Of a stretch of 64,000 bases of DNA, positions 32,401 through 44,400 are shown in pieces. The stretch is from Rickettsiales bacterium (GTDB lineage Bacteria > Pseudomonadota > Alphaproteobacteria > Rickettsiales > UBA6187): NCBI GenBank assembly GCA_040507985.1, contig JBEVNR010000057.1:14128-78127 (forward strand), in the 5' to 3' direction. Each line of letters opens with the position of its first letter. The first letter of the stretch is position 1. The position numbers and the translations under genes were made by a program. The notes beneath the pieces are model-generated. The model had not been told where the DNA came from and searched no databases. It worked only from the letters and a program-made list of their open reading frames with translations.

Positions 32401-35400
32401 TCGCAAATAACGTAAAGTCAGCGTCAAGCCCTTTGGGAGCGGTCATGTGACTATGATCGAAATAGAACGCCTCGCGCCCGTTAATACCCGATTTTTTATA
32501 GACGGGGCGAGTATTTTCCGCGACGGCGCCCATATGGCGGGCGGCGCCGGACTTATCGTACCAGAACCATGTTTTTTCATTGTCGGCATATTTCTTCGTC
32601 GCGCCTTTACATTGCGGATCGGCGGCGTCGAGCCATAGTTGCAATCCGCTCATGCCCGTGATTCCGCCGGGATTGGAATCGGAGGTGCAAGCGCCGAAAT
32701 CGGGAGCGTCAACGTTCCATTTTTTCGCCAGATAGGATTCGACCGCGTTGCGTTTATCGTTCGCCAGCGCGCTGTCATAGGCCACGATTTCCCCGATATG
32801 GCCCTGATATGACGCGTTGGCGGTACGAACGGAGCCTATGCTCATGCCGTCAGCGGCATTGAGCGCGCCGGAGGCGGCGTTGCCTACCCATTGTTTTTGC
32901 AACCCTTCGGCAAATAACTGCAAAATGGCGCCTTGCCGCCGTAAGGTCGCCATGCGCGTCGTCTCCACGCCGAAAACGGAGGATATAAACACGTCGTTCA
33001 CGCCAAAATAAAGCTTTTGTCCGCCGTACGACACGTTGAACCGTAAGCCGCTTGCGGCGTCCGCGCTTAGCAATCCCCCGTTCTGGTTGGGATAGACGCC
33101 GGAAGCGCTCGCCGCTAGGGGTTTGAAGGCGATAAAGGCGGTAAAGTCGTTTCTGAGAATGTTCGCCGTTTGCAGCGCGCTATTGTTCGCCGCGTCGAAA
33201 TACATCATCGAACGTCCGTTATAGCCGGCGTTCCAGGCGAGCGTCGGCTTACCCTTGCCGAATTGCGGCGCGGCGTCGTGCGCTTGGCCCGACTTGTCTT
33301 TCCATAACGGAACGGACGCGTTGTTCGGATAGGCTTTCGCGTTGCCGGAGCACAGCGGGTCGTTCGCGTCCAGCCACAACACAAGGCCGGCAGGCGCCAG
33401 CGAGGAATCGCTCGCGCAGGCGCCGCCCGTAAACCATTTGCCGGAAAGATACGTCTGCACCGTCGCCGCGTCGACGTCCGCGAGCGGAGCGCCGTAGGAG
33501 AGAATTTCGGCGATCGCGGCGTCGGCGTAATACGCGTCTTTTTGCGCGCCGATGCGCCACAGATTGCCCGATTGGGCGTTGAATCCCGCCCCCGTTTGGG
33601 CTTGTTGGGCACCGTCGACGAAAATTTTCGACGGCGTTCCCGTTTTCAGGCGATAGACGTGATAGTCGACGTCGGACGGCGGCGCGACGTAAGCGGTCGA
33701 TCCGTTCGCCTTGCCGTAGAGGCGGGCGTCGCTTTGCTTATAGAAGAAATACTCGTCGCCGGTCGACAGCAGCGTTCCCGACTCTCCGCTATTGGCGAAC
33801 GAGGCGACGACGAACATGTCCCCCCCCGTGACCGGCAGGGACGGCGCGGCGAAATGGCTGCCGCTTGCGCTAAATACGAACGCGCCCTTGCCGTTTCGGG
33901 CGTCCGCCTTATAGGCCGGGCGACGATACTGCACCGCAAAGGATTTGGCGGCGCTTTTATCGCGCCATATCCACGATTTCACCGACGACGCGCTCGACAG
34001 GCCGGCCGTGCCGTCGCAGTCCGGATCGGCGCCGTCCAGCCACAGATTTAATCCCGTTTGGTAGGCAAGCGCGGCGTCCGGCTTGCATGTCGGCGCGGGT
34101 TGATAGCTCGCGCCCCATTTTTTAGATAAATACGCGCCCACGTTGGCCGCGTCGGCGTCGACGGCAGGGGCGGCGTAGGCGATGATTTCCGCAATATATC
34201 CGTCCAGATAGGCGTCGGCGCCCGCTCCCTTGCGTTGGCCGATATAGAAACTGTCGTTCAGCAAGGCTTGCGACGGGGTTTGCACGCCGAAGCTTTCGCC
34301 GTCGGCATAGGCGCTTAACGCTCCTCCCGCCGCCTGCGACACTCTATATATATGCATGCCGTCGGCGGGGGCGGCGACGCTTGCGGTCGCGAGCAGTTGC
34401 AGCCGCTCGGTTTTCGTGCGTTCCCACAAGCGGAAATTTGCGTCGGTGCGTCCGCCCATAAAGGCGCCGGCCGAGTCGCGCGCATTTTGCGATCCGACGA
34501 GGAAAATATCGCGCGGCGCAAAGGCGGTCGCAATTTCGAGCGATTGCAGCGACGCGGAAGAAAACGTCACCGCCGGCATGTTGTTCGCGACGCCGGTCGC
34601 GTATTTCGGCGCCGTCACGGCGTAGGCGTGACGGTTGTTGCCGGATTTATCCATCCACGCCGGCACGACGTCGCCGTTTTTATAGCGCGTGGCGCCGTCG
34701 CATAAAGGATCGGCCGCGTCAAGCCAGAGGCTTATGCCGTTTTTATAGGTTAACGTTTGATCGGATACGCAACTGAGCGCGACTTTCCATTTCAGGCTAA
34801 GATACGTCTCCGCCGCGCCGCGTTCGGTGGAATCTAGCGCGTGGTCGTAGATAAGCATTTCGCCGAGAGCGGCGTTTAAGTAATAGGGGCCGGGGTCGTA
34901 CCCTATCCCGAAACGTTCGACGCGCAGCGGCCCGGCAAGGGCGCCGGAGGCGTGCGCCCCGCCGTTACGATAAACGGACACGGCGCGATCGGCGGTGACG
35001 GTGACGGCGTACACGCCGAAAAATCCCATGTCGGCGGCGGGTGCGGCAATGTCTAACGTGGTATCGCTTCCCCCGGCGGCGGTGAATAAAAACAGCGAGG
35101 CGGGAGCGCCGGGAAGCAATATCGTTTCGTTGCCGCTAGACGCCGACGAACGCCGCGCGAACAACCCTTGCTTATTGCCGCCGACGGTGAATTTCGCCGC
35201 CATCAGCAAGGTTTTGTCGGTGAGGTCGTACAGATCGGTAAATTCAAGAAAATCGTCCGTACCGTCGAGCGTCACCAGTTTTTTATTGTTTTGCGTGACG
35301 GTGGAGCTAAGCGTCGGGCGCGCGCCGTCTCCGTTCACGGCGCCCGGCGTATGGCCGGACTTGTCGCGCCACATGTTTTTCGCGCTGCCGATATTCGCCC

Positions 35401-38400
35401 CGCCGGAGAGAGCGCCGCCTTGGCAATCGACGTCGCTTGCGTCTAACCACAAGGCCAGCCCGTTTTGCGGCGCGCTCGCGTCGCTGCGGCACGCGCCGTA
35501 AGTCGGCAAGTTCCATTTCGCCGTTTCATAGGCGGTGAGGGCAGCGATCTCCGCGTCGGAAAGCGCGACGTCGTAGGCGATAATTTCCTGCACGTCGCCC
35601 GCGAAATAGCGGCTTGCCGCGCCGCCGGAGGAGGACGGGCCGCCGATGGCCACCGGTCCCGCCGTCGCGCCCGGCGCGGCGGCTTCCGCAATTTCCGCGA
35701 GCGTCAGCTTGGGCAAGGTTATGCCGTCCTGCATCATCTGCGTTCCGCCGACATGGACGGATTGCGTCACGCCGAAATTAATGCGCGCGACGACGAACGC
35801 CCCCTCCCCTTTGCTTGCGGGAAGCGGGAAGTAATCTTCCTTTCCTCCGCTTGCGGTCGGGCTAAGCAGGTAGCCCGAGCCGCCCGAAGCGCCAAGCCCC
35901 CATACTTGCCCCGCGCCTTCGTAGCCGAACGCGAAGGCGAGCCGGTCGTTGCTCGCGCTTTGCCGCGCCGCCGAGGGCGCCAGCGCCACGGCCAGCGTGA
36001 CGCCGCCGCTCGCGCTCGTGAGGTAATTCGCCCCCAGCGTCAACCGGTCGTCCGTTCCGTCAAATTTCACGGAAGGAAGCGCGTTTAGCCCTTTGGGATT
36101 ATAGACGGGCATAGACGCGGTCGCGAGCGCCGAGGCAGTGAATGCGCTCGCCGATTTGTCGCGCCACACATAGCCGGCCATACCGACGGGATGCGATTCG
36201 GTCCAGCCGGCGCCGCTGCATGCGGGGTCTTTCGCGTCGAGCCATAATTTTACCGAGGCGGGTCGTACCGTTAACGAGACGTCGGCCACGCACGCAACGG
36301 GAACGTTCCATTTTTCCCCCGCGCTCGCCCATACCGAGCGCAATTCCGTGGGCGTCAATACGCGGTTATACGCCATAATTTCGCCGACGGCGCCGTTGTA
36401 ATAATTGGCGTTATGTTGTCCCGCGCCGATAAGCGCGTCGTCGGAGGGCGATTGAACGGACGTCTCGCTGCCCGTCACCGTCGCGCCCGCCTTGCCGTTG
36501 ACGTAAAATATCGCTTGCCGCGTCGCTCCGTCAAAGGTCGTCGTCAGGATAGACGGCGTTTGCAACCCGACGTCTTGCGTGTCGCAATGGCGGGTGAAGG
36601 CGGGAGTTCCCGCGCCGTCATTCACCAGCAGCCATTGCCGGTTATTCGTCGCGGAGGCTCCGGCACAGGTGGCGGAGTTCGATTCCGTATGCCATCTAAA
36701 GCCGTTATCCCCCCCTCCGACGATCGAGCCGCTATTGTCGCGGCTAATCACCGCCATGAGGGTAAAGGCGTTCGATATGCCTAGGCCAGAACGTTTTATG
36801 CGCAGATAATTGTTGTTAAATCCTATGGCGGAGCCGTTTCCGAGCGTCGTCGCGGTTTTTTTATAGGTCGGACGCTGCGACGCAACGACTTGATAGGCGA
36901 CGTTGCCCGATCCGGATTTGTCGCGCCACACGCGCAAGCCCGATCCGTCCGTGGGCGCCGTTTTGCCGTCGTCGCAATGTGCGTCTTTCGCGTCGAGCCA
37001 AAGTTTCAGACCGCTCGCGACGCTCGCCGCTTTATTGGTACAGGCGGATTGAAGCGTCGTTTTCCATTTTTTCGCCAGATACGTTTCCATGCTTTTTTTC
37101 GCGCTATCGGCAAGCGCGGTTTCGTAGACGAGAATCTCCGCGACGTCCGAACGTGTCGGAAGCGATCCGTCGTTCGCCGCGCCGATATTGGCTATGCCCG
37201 TTCCCATGGCGCCGGCAGCGGTGAGCGTGGATATGTCGAGCGCGTCTCCCCTAAAAGACGGCAATCCGTCCAGCCCGTCGGTGCGCGGCGTCGTCACCCA
37301 AAACGCGCCGCGATTGTCGGCGTAGACGGCGGCGGTTCCGTCACCTCCCCTTCCCCACAAGGCATTGGCGGCGCCGGCGCGGAAATCGAGTAATACCGAC
37401 GTCGCCCCGGGCGCCGTGTTATGCACGATGAAGGCGGTGCGAACGTTGACGGCGCTCCGTGTGGTCATGCGGTCGTCGACGCCGTCGAATTTCAGCAGCC
37501 CGACGCCGGCGACATAACTAAAGACGGGCGCGGCGGCATCAGTGGCGGAGGCGTGGTTTTTATTGCCCGACTTGTCGCGCCATATGCCGATTTTGTCGTT
37601 GTTCGCTATCGTGATTTTGCCGGTGCAGGACGGATCGGCGGCGTCGAGCCACAAGGCGAGTCCGGCGGAAGGCGCGGCGCTATCGTCGGCGCACCCGACG
37701 AACACGCCCCATTTATCGGCGAGATACGTTTCGACGGCGCGTCGCGCCGCGTCGTCCAGCGCCCGACTATAGACGATCGTTTCGGCCATGTATCCGGCGA
37801 ATCCCTTGGCGAATCCGCCGTTTGACGGGTCGTACCCGATCGCGAGACGTTGCGGTTTGGCGCCGGCGTATTGTTCAGCCGCATTGTCGGAGCGATCCGT
37901 CGCGCCGTCGATATAGATCGCGCGCGCGCTTCCGTTTCTAGTAAATTCCGCGATATGCGCGTCGGGCGTCGCCCTGACTTTGCCGGCGGAGACGAGCGCG
38001 CCGCCGGCCGGCGTCGTTTCGTCGTAAAATAGGGTGAAGTCGGCGTTCATGCCGAATTGGTGGGCGGTTTGTCCGCTATTTTCGGCGTAATGCCCGAATA
38101 ATTGCCCCGTTTGCGCCTTGCTTGCGTCGGGAGCGATCACCGTAAAGATGCTATAGGCCGTCGCGTCGCCGGGAATGACGTTCGACTTGCCGTACAGTCC
38201 GTCCCCTCCGTCGAAATACACCGCCGGCTTGCGGTTGATTTTTGCGGTGACGTATGTCGGGCGGCGGTTGGACGCGCTTTGCGTTAAACGGTTGCGATCG
38301 TCGCTTTTGTCGCGCCATTCGTAGGCTCCGACGCCCGTTTCCGATTGCGAGGGCCAGCGCGTCGCGCCGTCGCAAGCGGGGTCGAGCGCGTCGAGCCACA

Positions 38401-41400
38401 ATTCTAATTTATCGTGGTTTAGCGTTTTGTCGATCGCGCAGGGGCGATTGAGCGCCGCGCCCCATTTATTCGCCAAATCCATTTCGACGTCGCGCCGTTC
38501 GTTCGCGGCGAAAGCGCGTTTATAGAGACGTATTTCCGCAACGTCGCCCTTAAAATATTGTCCGGCGGTCAGCGCGCCGGAGAGCGCGCCCACAGTGAAC
38601 GGACCCGCGCCGGCGGTCGCTCGGGCAGGGGCTTCGCTGATTTTCGCGGCATCAAGCGCGGTCGGCGCGGCTTTGGCCACGATAGGATCGGCGCCGCTCA
38701 CCGACAATTTTTGCGAATCGCCGAACGTCACCGCATACGACAACACGGCGAAGGCGTTTTGCTCCAAGCCAAGCTCGCTTGCGGTCTGGCCGCTTCCGCT
38801 CGCCTCGACCGCATAAAAGCGCAATGAGGACGGCGCGAAGTCCAGTCCCCATCCCCCCGAATATCTGGCGCCGAAATCGAGCGCCGGCTTTTGCGTCGTC
38901 GTCGCGCTTCTGAGGACGACGAACGCCGTCATGCCTCCGTCGCCCGTGTTGATGTACGGGTAATATTTCCCGAGCGTCAAGCAATCGTTGGAACCGTCGA
39001 ACCGCACGACCGCCTTTCCGCCGGCGGCGCCATAGATATAGCTTGGAGGATCGCACGCCGCGTCGGCGTCGGTCGCCATAAACACGTTGGCCGATTTGTC
39101 GCGCCATAGCGTGATCGCTCCGCCGTTCGCCGGCGTCGTCGCGCCGTCGCAATTGGGGTCGGAGGCGTCGAGCCATAGCGCCATGTCGGTCGGCTTGGCG
39201 GCGCCGTCCTCGACGCAGGCGGAGCGCACGACCAGTTTCCATTTCGTGCTTAAATAGCGTTCGACGGCGGCGACGTCCGTCACCGACAAGGCGCGGTCGT
39301 AAAATAATATCTCGCCAATCATGCCTTTGTAGTTTTTCACCGGCACGCCCGACGACGACGAGGCGCCGATCACCATGTAATCGTCGGTTTTCGCCGCCGG
39401 ATGGTAGGTCGCGCTTGCGCCCTCGACGCCGTTCCAGCTTGCCGTCGCCTTGCTGCCGTCCATGACGAGGCGGAACACCCCGTTCTGGTTGGTTTCGGTC
39501 GCCAGGTTTTTCCCCGTCGCGTTCGCGTCGCCCGCCTGCAAGACAAGATCGCCGCTCGGAGAGAACAGGCCGGATACGCCGTCCGTCGCGCTATCGACGG
39601 CGCCGAACAATCCGTAATGGTTGGCGTAGGTCGCCGGCGTCCGCGCCACCACAAAGGCGGTGAAGGGCGAGCCGGGACGATAGTCGGTCATGATATATTC
39701 GTTGCCGCTAAACGACACGGCCGGCAAAGCGTTCAGCGGCGAAGCGAGCGCGTAAGACGGCGCTCCCGCGTCGTAGGAATAGCCGTTATAGACGGTCGCC
39801 GCGCCGCTTTTGTCGCGCCACAGATAGCCGCCCGTACCGACTTTGGCGCCGTCAGGCCACGCCGTGACGCCGTCGCACGCCGGATCGGCGGCGTCAAGCC
39901 ATAGCGCGAGGCCGGTTTTGTCGACGTTGCCGCTCGCGGCGCATCCGTTGTCTAACGCAATTCCCCATTTGCCCGAAAGCTGGCGTTCGAGCGAGGCGAG
40001 CGAGGCGGAGGAAAGCTCGCGATCATATACCAATAATTCCGCAATCGCACCGGAGAGCGAGGCCGTACCCGCCGGGCTGCGCCCGATAAGCAGGTCGGTC
40101 GCCACGCTCGCCGCCGGCAAGGCAGGTTTGGCAATCGGCGCTTTTTTGCCGACATAGCCGCCGTTCACGCGCATCGTCTGGTAGTTCGAAGCAACGCTGC
40201 GCGAAGCGGAATAGACGGCAAAATTGCCGTAAGAGAATCCCCCTACCTGCGATTGCGCGAGGTCGGCGCCCGCCGTTCCGGCGGTCAAGGGGCTGTGGTG
40301 ATGGAATGACGCGCGGCCGGTTTGGGTGTCGAGCAGCATCCCGATTTTCGTCGGCGCGCTCGCGTCGCGCAGCGAAATCAGGCTGTCGGCGGCGTCGGAG
40401 GCGATTTTGGCGGCCATTACCACGCTATATCCGTCTTTTGCGGCTAGCGCGTTAAAGGCGAGTATTTCGAGCGAATCGTTGCCGTCGAAGGTGACGGCGG
40501 GAGAAATTCCCCCCACGGCGTGCGCGTCGTATTTCGGTTGCGCCGACGCGGTCGCCTGTCCGGCATGGCGCCCGTTGCCGCTGCGGTCGCGCCACGGGCT
40601 AGCGGCGGTGACGGAGGCGCCGTCCGCCATGTATCCGGCCTGTCCGTTGCATCCCGGGTCGCTCGCGTCCAGCCATAAGGCAAGGCCGGAGATGGGAACC
40701 GATCCGTCCGACACGCAGGAATCGTTCGAGACGGCGATACCCCATTTCGTCGCAAGATAAGTGTTAATGGCAGCGGTTTGGGCGGCGTCGGGCGCGACGC
40801 TGAAAATCAGCGTTTCGGCAATGTCGCCGCTAAAGAAATTGGATTTTTGCGCGCTTCCCCCAAGGTAAAACTCGCCGATGGCGCCCATGACGGCGGCGCC
40901 GTCGGTCGCGTTGTCGACGCGAACGCCGTTGCGGTAGATTTTATATCCGGCGTCGTATTTGAGCGACAACAACATCGGCTCGACGGCCATTTCCGCCGCC
41001 CGCCCCGTATAGGCGCTGTGATAACCCGCGCCGGCCGCGTCGGAATACGACGCCACCTCGCGTGACATGCCGGACACCGCGTTGCCCAGCGCCAGCCCCG
41101 AGCCGAGCGCGCCATAATTAGGATCAAGTACTTGCGCCGCTGCCGAGAAAGGCGTAACGGTCGCCGCCGGCGTCATCACCACGAACGCCGCCGCCATCGG
41201 CACGCCGCTTAAATTCGCGCCCGCCAGATATTGTCCCTGACCGGAAAACCGCATCGCCGGTTTGGTATTGACGGCGCTCGCGACGTAGGTCGGCGCGGTT
41301 TCGTCCGTTCCTTTTAGCGTCATGGCATAGCGGCCTTTATTTTTCCACCCTAAGTTAGACGCCAGTTTCGCGCCGTCGTTATAGGCGGTTTTGCCGTCGC

Positions 41401-44400
41401 AGGTGGGATCGGTCGCGTCGAGCCACACGGCGAGATTGTCGGTCGGCACGAGGGGAGAGTTGCTTGCGGTGTAACAGGTGTGGCCGCCGCCCGATCCGTC
41501 GCCGTTTAACGCCACGTTCCACTTGCTCGCCAGCTTGTCTTGAATGCCGTTAATGGAGTTAGCGGATAAAAAGGAATTATAGAGAATGATCTCAAAAATG
41601 TTGCCTTCATATTGCTTGGGACCAATCCCGCCGCCTATCCATAGGGGCACGCTTTGGCGGTCCGGCGCGTCGGCGCCCGTGCTGACGGGTGTGCCTCCGT
41701 CTACGGACAAATAGAGTTTTTTCGCGTCGCCCCCGTCGTAATAGAGCGCGGCGACGTGAACCCGATTGTCGGAGACGGCTTTTTTCACGATTTTATCCGA
41801 TCCGCTAGATTCCTCCGTAAAGCCGGCGAACACCTCCGGTCCGGTTTTGATGGTGAGTCCGATATTGCCGGCCTGATCGGCGAAAATGGGAGCGTTGCCG
41901 GAGATATAGGCGGCGCCGGCGTTGGCCTGTGCTATTTTAAAGACGCTGAGCGCGGTAAACCCGGCCGAGCCGAACAGGTTTTGCGACGTGGCCCCCGCCA
42001 CCGTGTAATAGTCGTTTCCGCCGAAATCCGCGCCGATATGACCATAATATTTCACCATTTTGGCCGCGTGCGCGCTTGTCGTCGTCGCGCTCCGCCCGTT
42101 TGCGCTGCGATCCTTCCAGCACAATACCTTATCGCCTTCCGTCGCCGCCGTCGCGCAGTCGGCGGACGAGGAAAGCGAACCGGATTGGCTCGCGTCGAGC
42201 CACAATTGCAATCCCGCGCACTCGCCGTTCGGGCACGGCTCTTCGTCGAGCGGCGTCACGTCCCACCGCTCGGCGAAATATTGTTGCAGCGTGGTTTGCT
42301 CGTTGATCGTGAGCACCCGGTCGTAGACGGCGACTTCCGCGATATCGCCCGCCCAATAGGGGCTTGCGGGATTGCCTTCGGTAAAACCGCCGAGCGCGAA
42401 GGGTTTCGAGCTGGCGTACGGCGCGCTATTGTCGTCGCCCTCCCCGACCGGCATGCCGTTTAAATAGGTTTCAAAGTCGCCGCTGACGCTGCCGCCGAAC
42501 GACGCCTCAAACACGTACATTTGCCCTGCCTTGACGGCGCCGAACCCTTGAACGTTCCAGTTTTGCGCTCCCCCGCGCGCATAGGCCGCCCCCGGAGTGA
42601 ACGCGGCGCCGAGCGTCGAGTTCCAGCTTAGCTGGATGTTTGAGCCTTTGGAAAGCGGGCCGGCGCAACATAGCGCCGCGTTGGGCGAAGCCGTTCCCGC
42701 CGCCACCACGTAATAATGCCAGTCGTCTTGGTTGGGAACAGTCGCGTTTTGCAATATGTTCGCCGTGCCGTTAAATCGCACCACGGCATTGTTGCCGGCT
42801 TTCGCAACGGAAGGCGAGGCGGCGGCGGAAGGCGACGACAAATGCCGCGCGTTCACGCTTTTATCTTTCCACAGATCCGCCCCCTGCCCCAGCTTCATGC
42901 CGGCGGCGAGCGCGGTTTTTCCGTCTCCGGTAATGTCTTTGGCGTCGTACCACACCACCAACCCGTCGGAGATGCCGGCCGGTCCTTGGTCTTTTTCCAC
43001 CGCGACGGAAATGCCCCAGCGGTTACCCATGTCGGCTTCAATTTTTAAGCGTTCGTCGTCGCTGACGAAACGGTTATACAGCGCGATCTCCCCGATATGG
43101 CCGTTATAGTAATCGCTTTTGAGCGTCGAATTTCCCCACGTGCCCACGTAAATCGGCACGTCTTCGTTGACCGCCACGAGCGACACATTATTCACCGCCT
43201 GCCGCTTGCCGCTTAAAAACACGTGCGGCGCGGTGCCGTTCCACGAGACGGAATAAATAAGCGGTTTGCCGTTCGTGTCGGGGTGCGCGTAATTATTGAC
43301 GGTCGTCGTAAAGCGCAAGCCCAGCGGAGAAGCGGCGTTGGCCGTCGAATCCATAAATAAGCGGAACGGCGCGGCGGTCGCGGCTGCGGCGCGTCCTTTA
43401 GCCAGCAGTGTGCCGTTGCTTCCGGCCGCCGGCTTAGCCACGACGAACACGCTGTAACGTCCGCCCTTGGTGGCTTTCAGGCTAAGCCCGTCTATCGTCG
43501 TCGCGTCGGCGTTAAAGCGAAAATAATCGTGAACGCCGTCGAAATACACGGCCTCCCTGCCGTTGATCGCGCCCGTATCAGCTTCCGGCGCGCCGAACCC
43601 GTAAAGCGGATTACCCTTGTTACTCGCGTCGCGCCAATAGCCGACATTGTCGCCGTCGCCGGCTTCGGTGGTGATATTTTCGTCGGTGAATAACGGTTTA
43701 TATTGCGTGTCCACCGCGTTCGACCAGTTGACGATGCCGTCGGTGACGTCGCCGGGGCCGCGCAATCCCGCGCCTTTGCAAAGCGACGCCAGATCCGTCG
43801 CCGCTTCGCTGTCGGCCTTCGTCCAATTGCCGTCGTCGCAACGCAAATGGATTTTACTTTGCGGGTCGCTGCCCGCATATTGGTAGCCGGTTTTGCATTC
43901 GGCCTTCACCTCATAGGCCACGCCGTCGCCGGCCTCGAACGGGCCGCCATAGATAGTCATGTTCCACGGTTTGTTTTCCAATTCGGCGCGGGAGCAGGTT
44001 TTGCGGACGCACGATCCGTTTTCCGGCCACACCCATTCGCCGTCTTTGCCGCATACCGCCGTGGGCGTCGATCCGGCCGGGGTGAAATGTTTCTCGCAGC
44101 CCGACGCTTCGTGAGACGATCCGTCCGCCTCCGCGTTCGGCCATATGATATGGTTGAGCGTGACGGTTTTGCAGATAGATTTCGAACAGTTTTTCTCGCT
44201 TACCTTCCATACGGGTTTGTCTACGTCGTCGAGCGCGCACACTTCATACATGACGCCGTCTTTCGCGCCCGGGCAATTTTCGGTCACGATGGCGCGCATT
44301 TCGCCTAGCGCGTACTCACCGCACGACACGGGCTTGCAGGTGTCGCGCTTCACCGTCCAATAGGGAGAGACGTTTCCGTTATCGACGCAAAGCAGCGTCG

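Noticed and set aside
8495-43790. The regular repeat of about 750 nt could be taken for a CRISPR-like or satellite array, or an assembly artefact.
   Set aside because: The period is far too long for CRISPR. The repeats are diverged protein modules in one continuous frame, conserved at the amino-acid level rather than the DNA level. I saw no long identical DNA copies that would drive misassembly.
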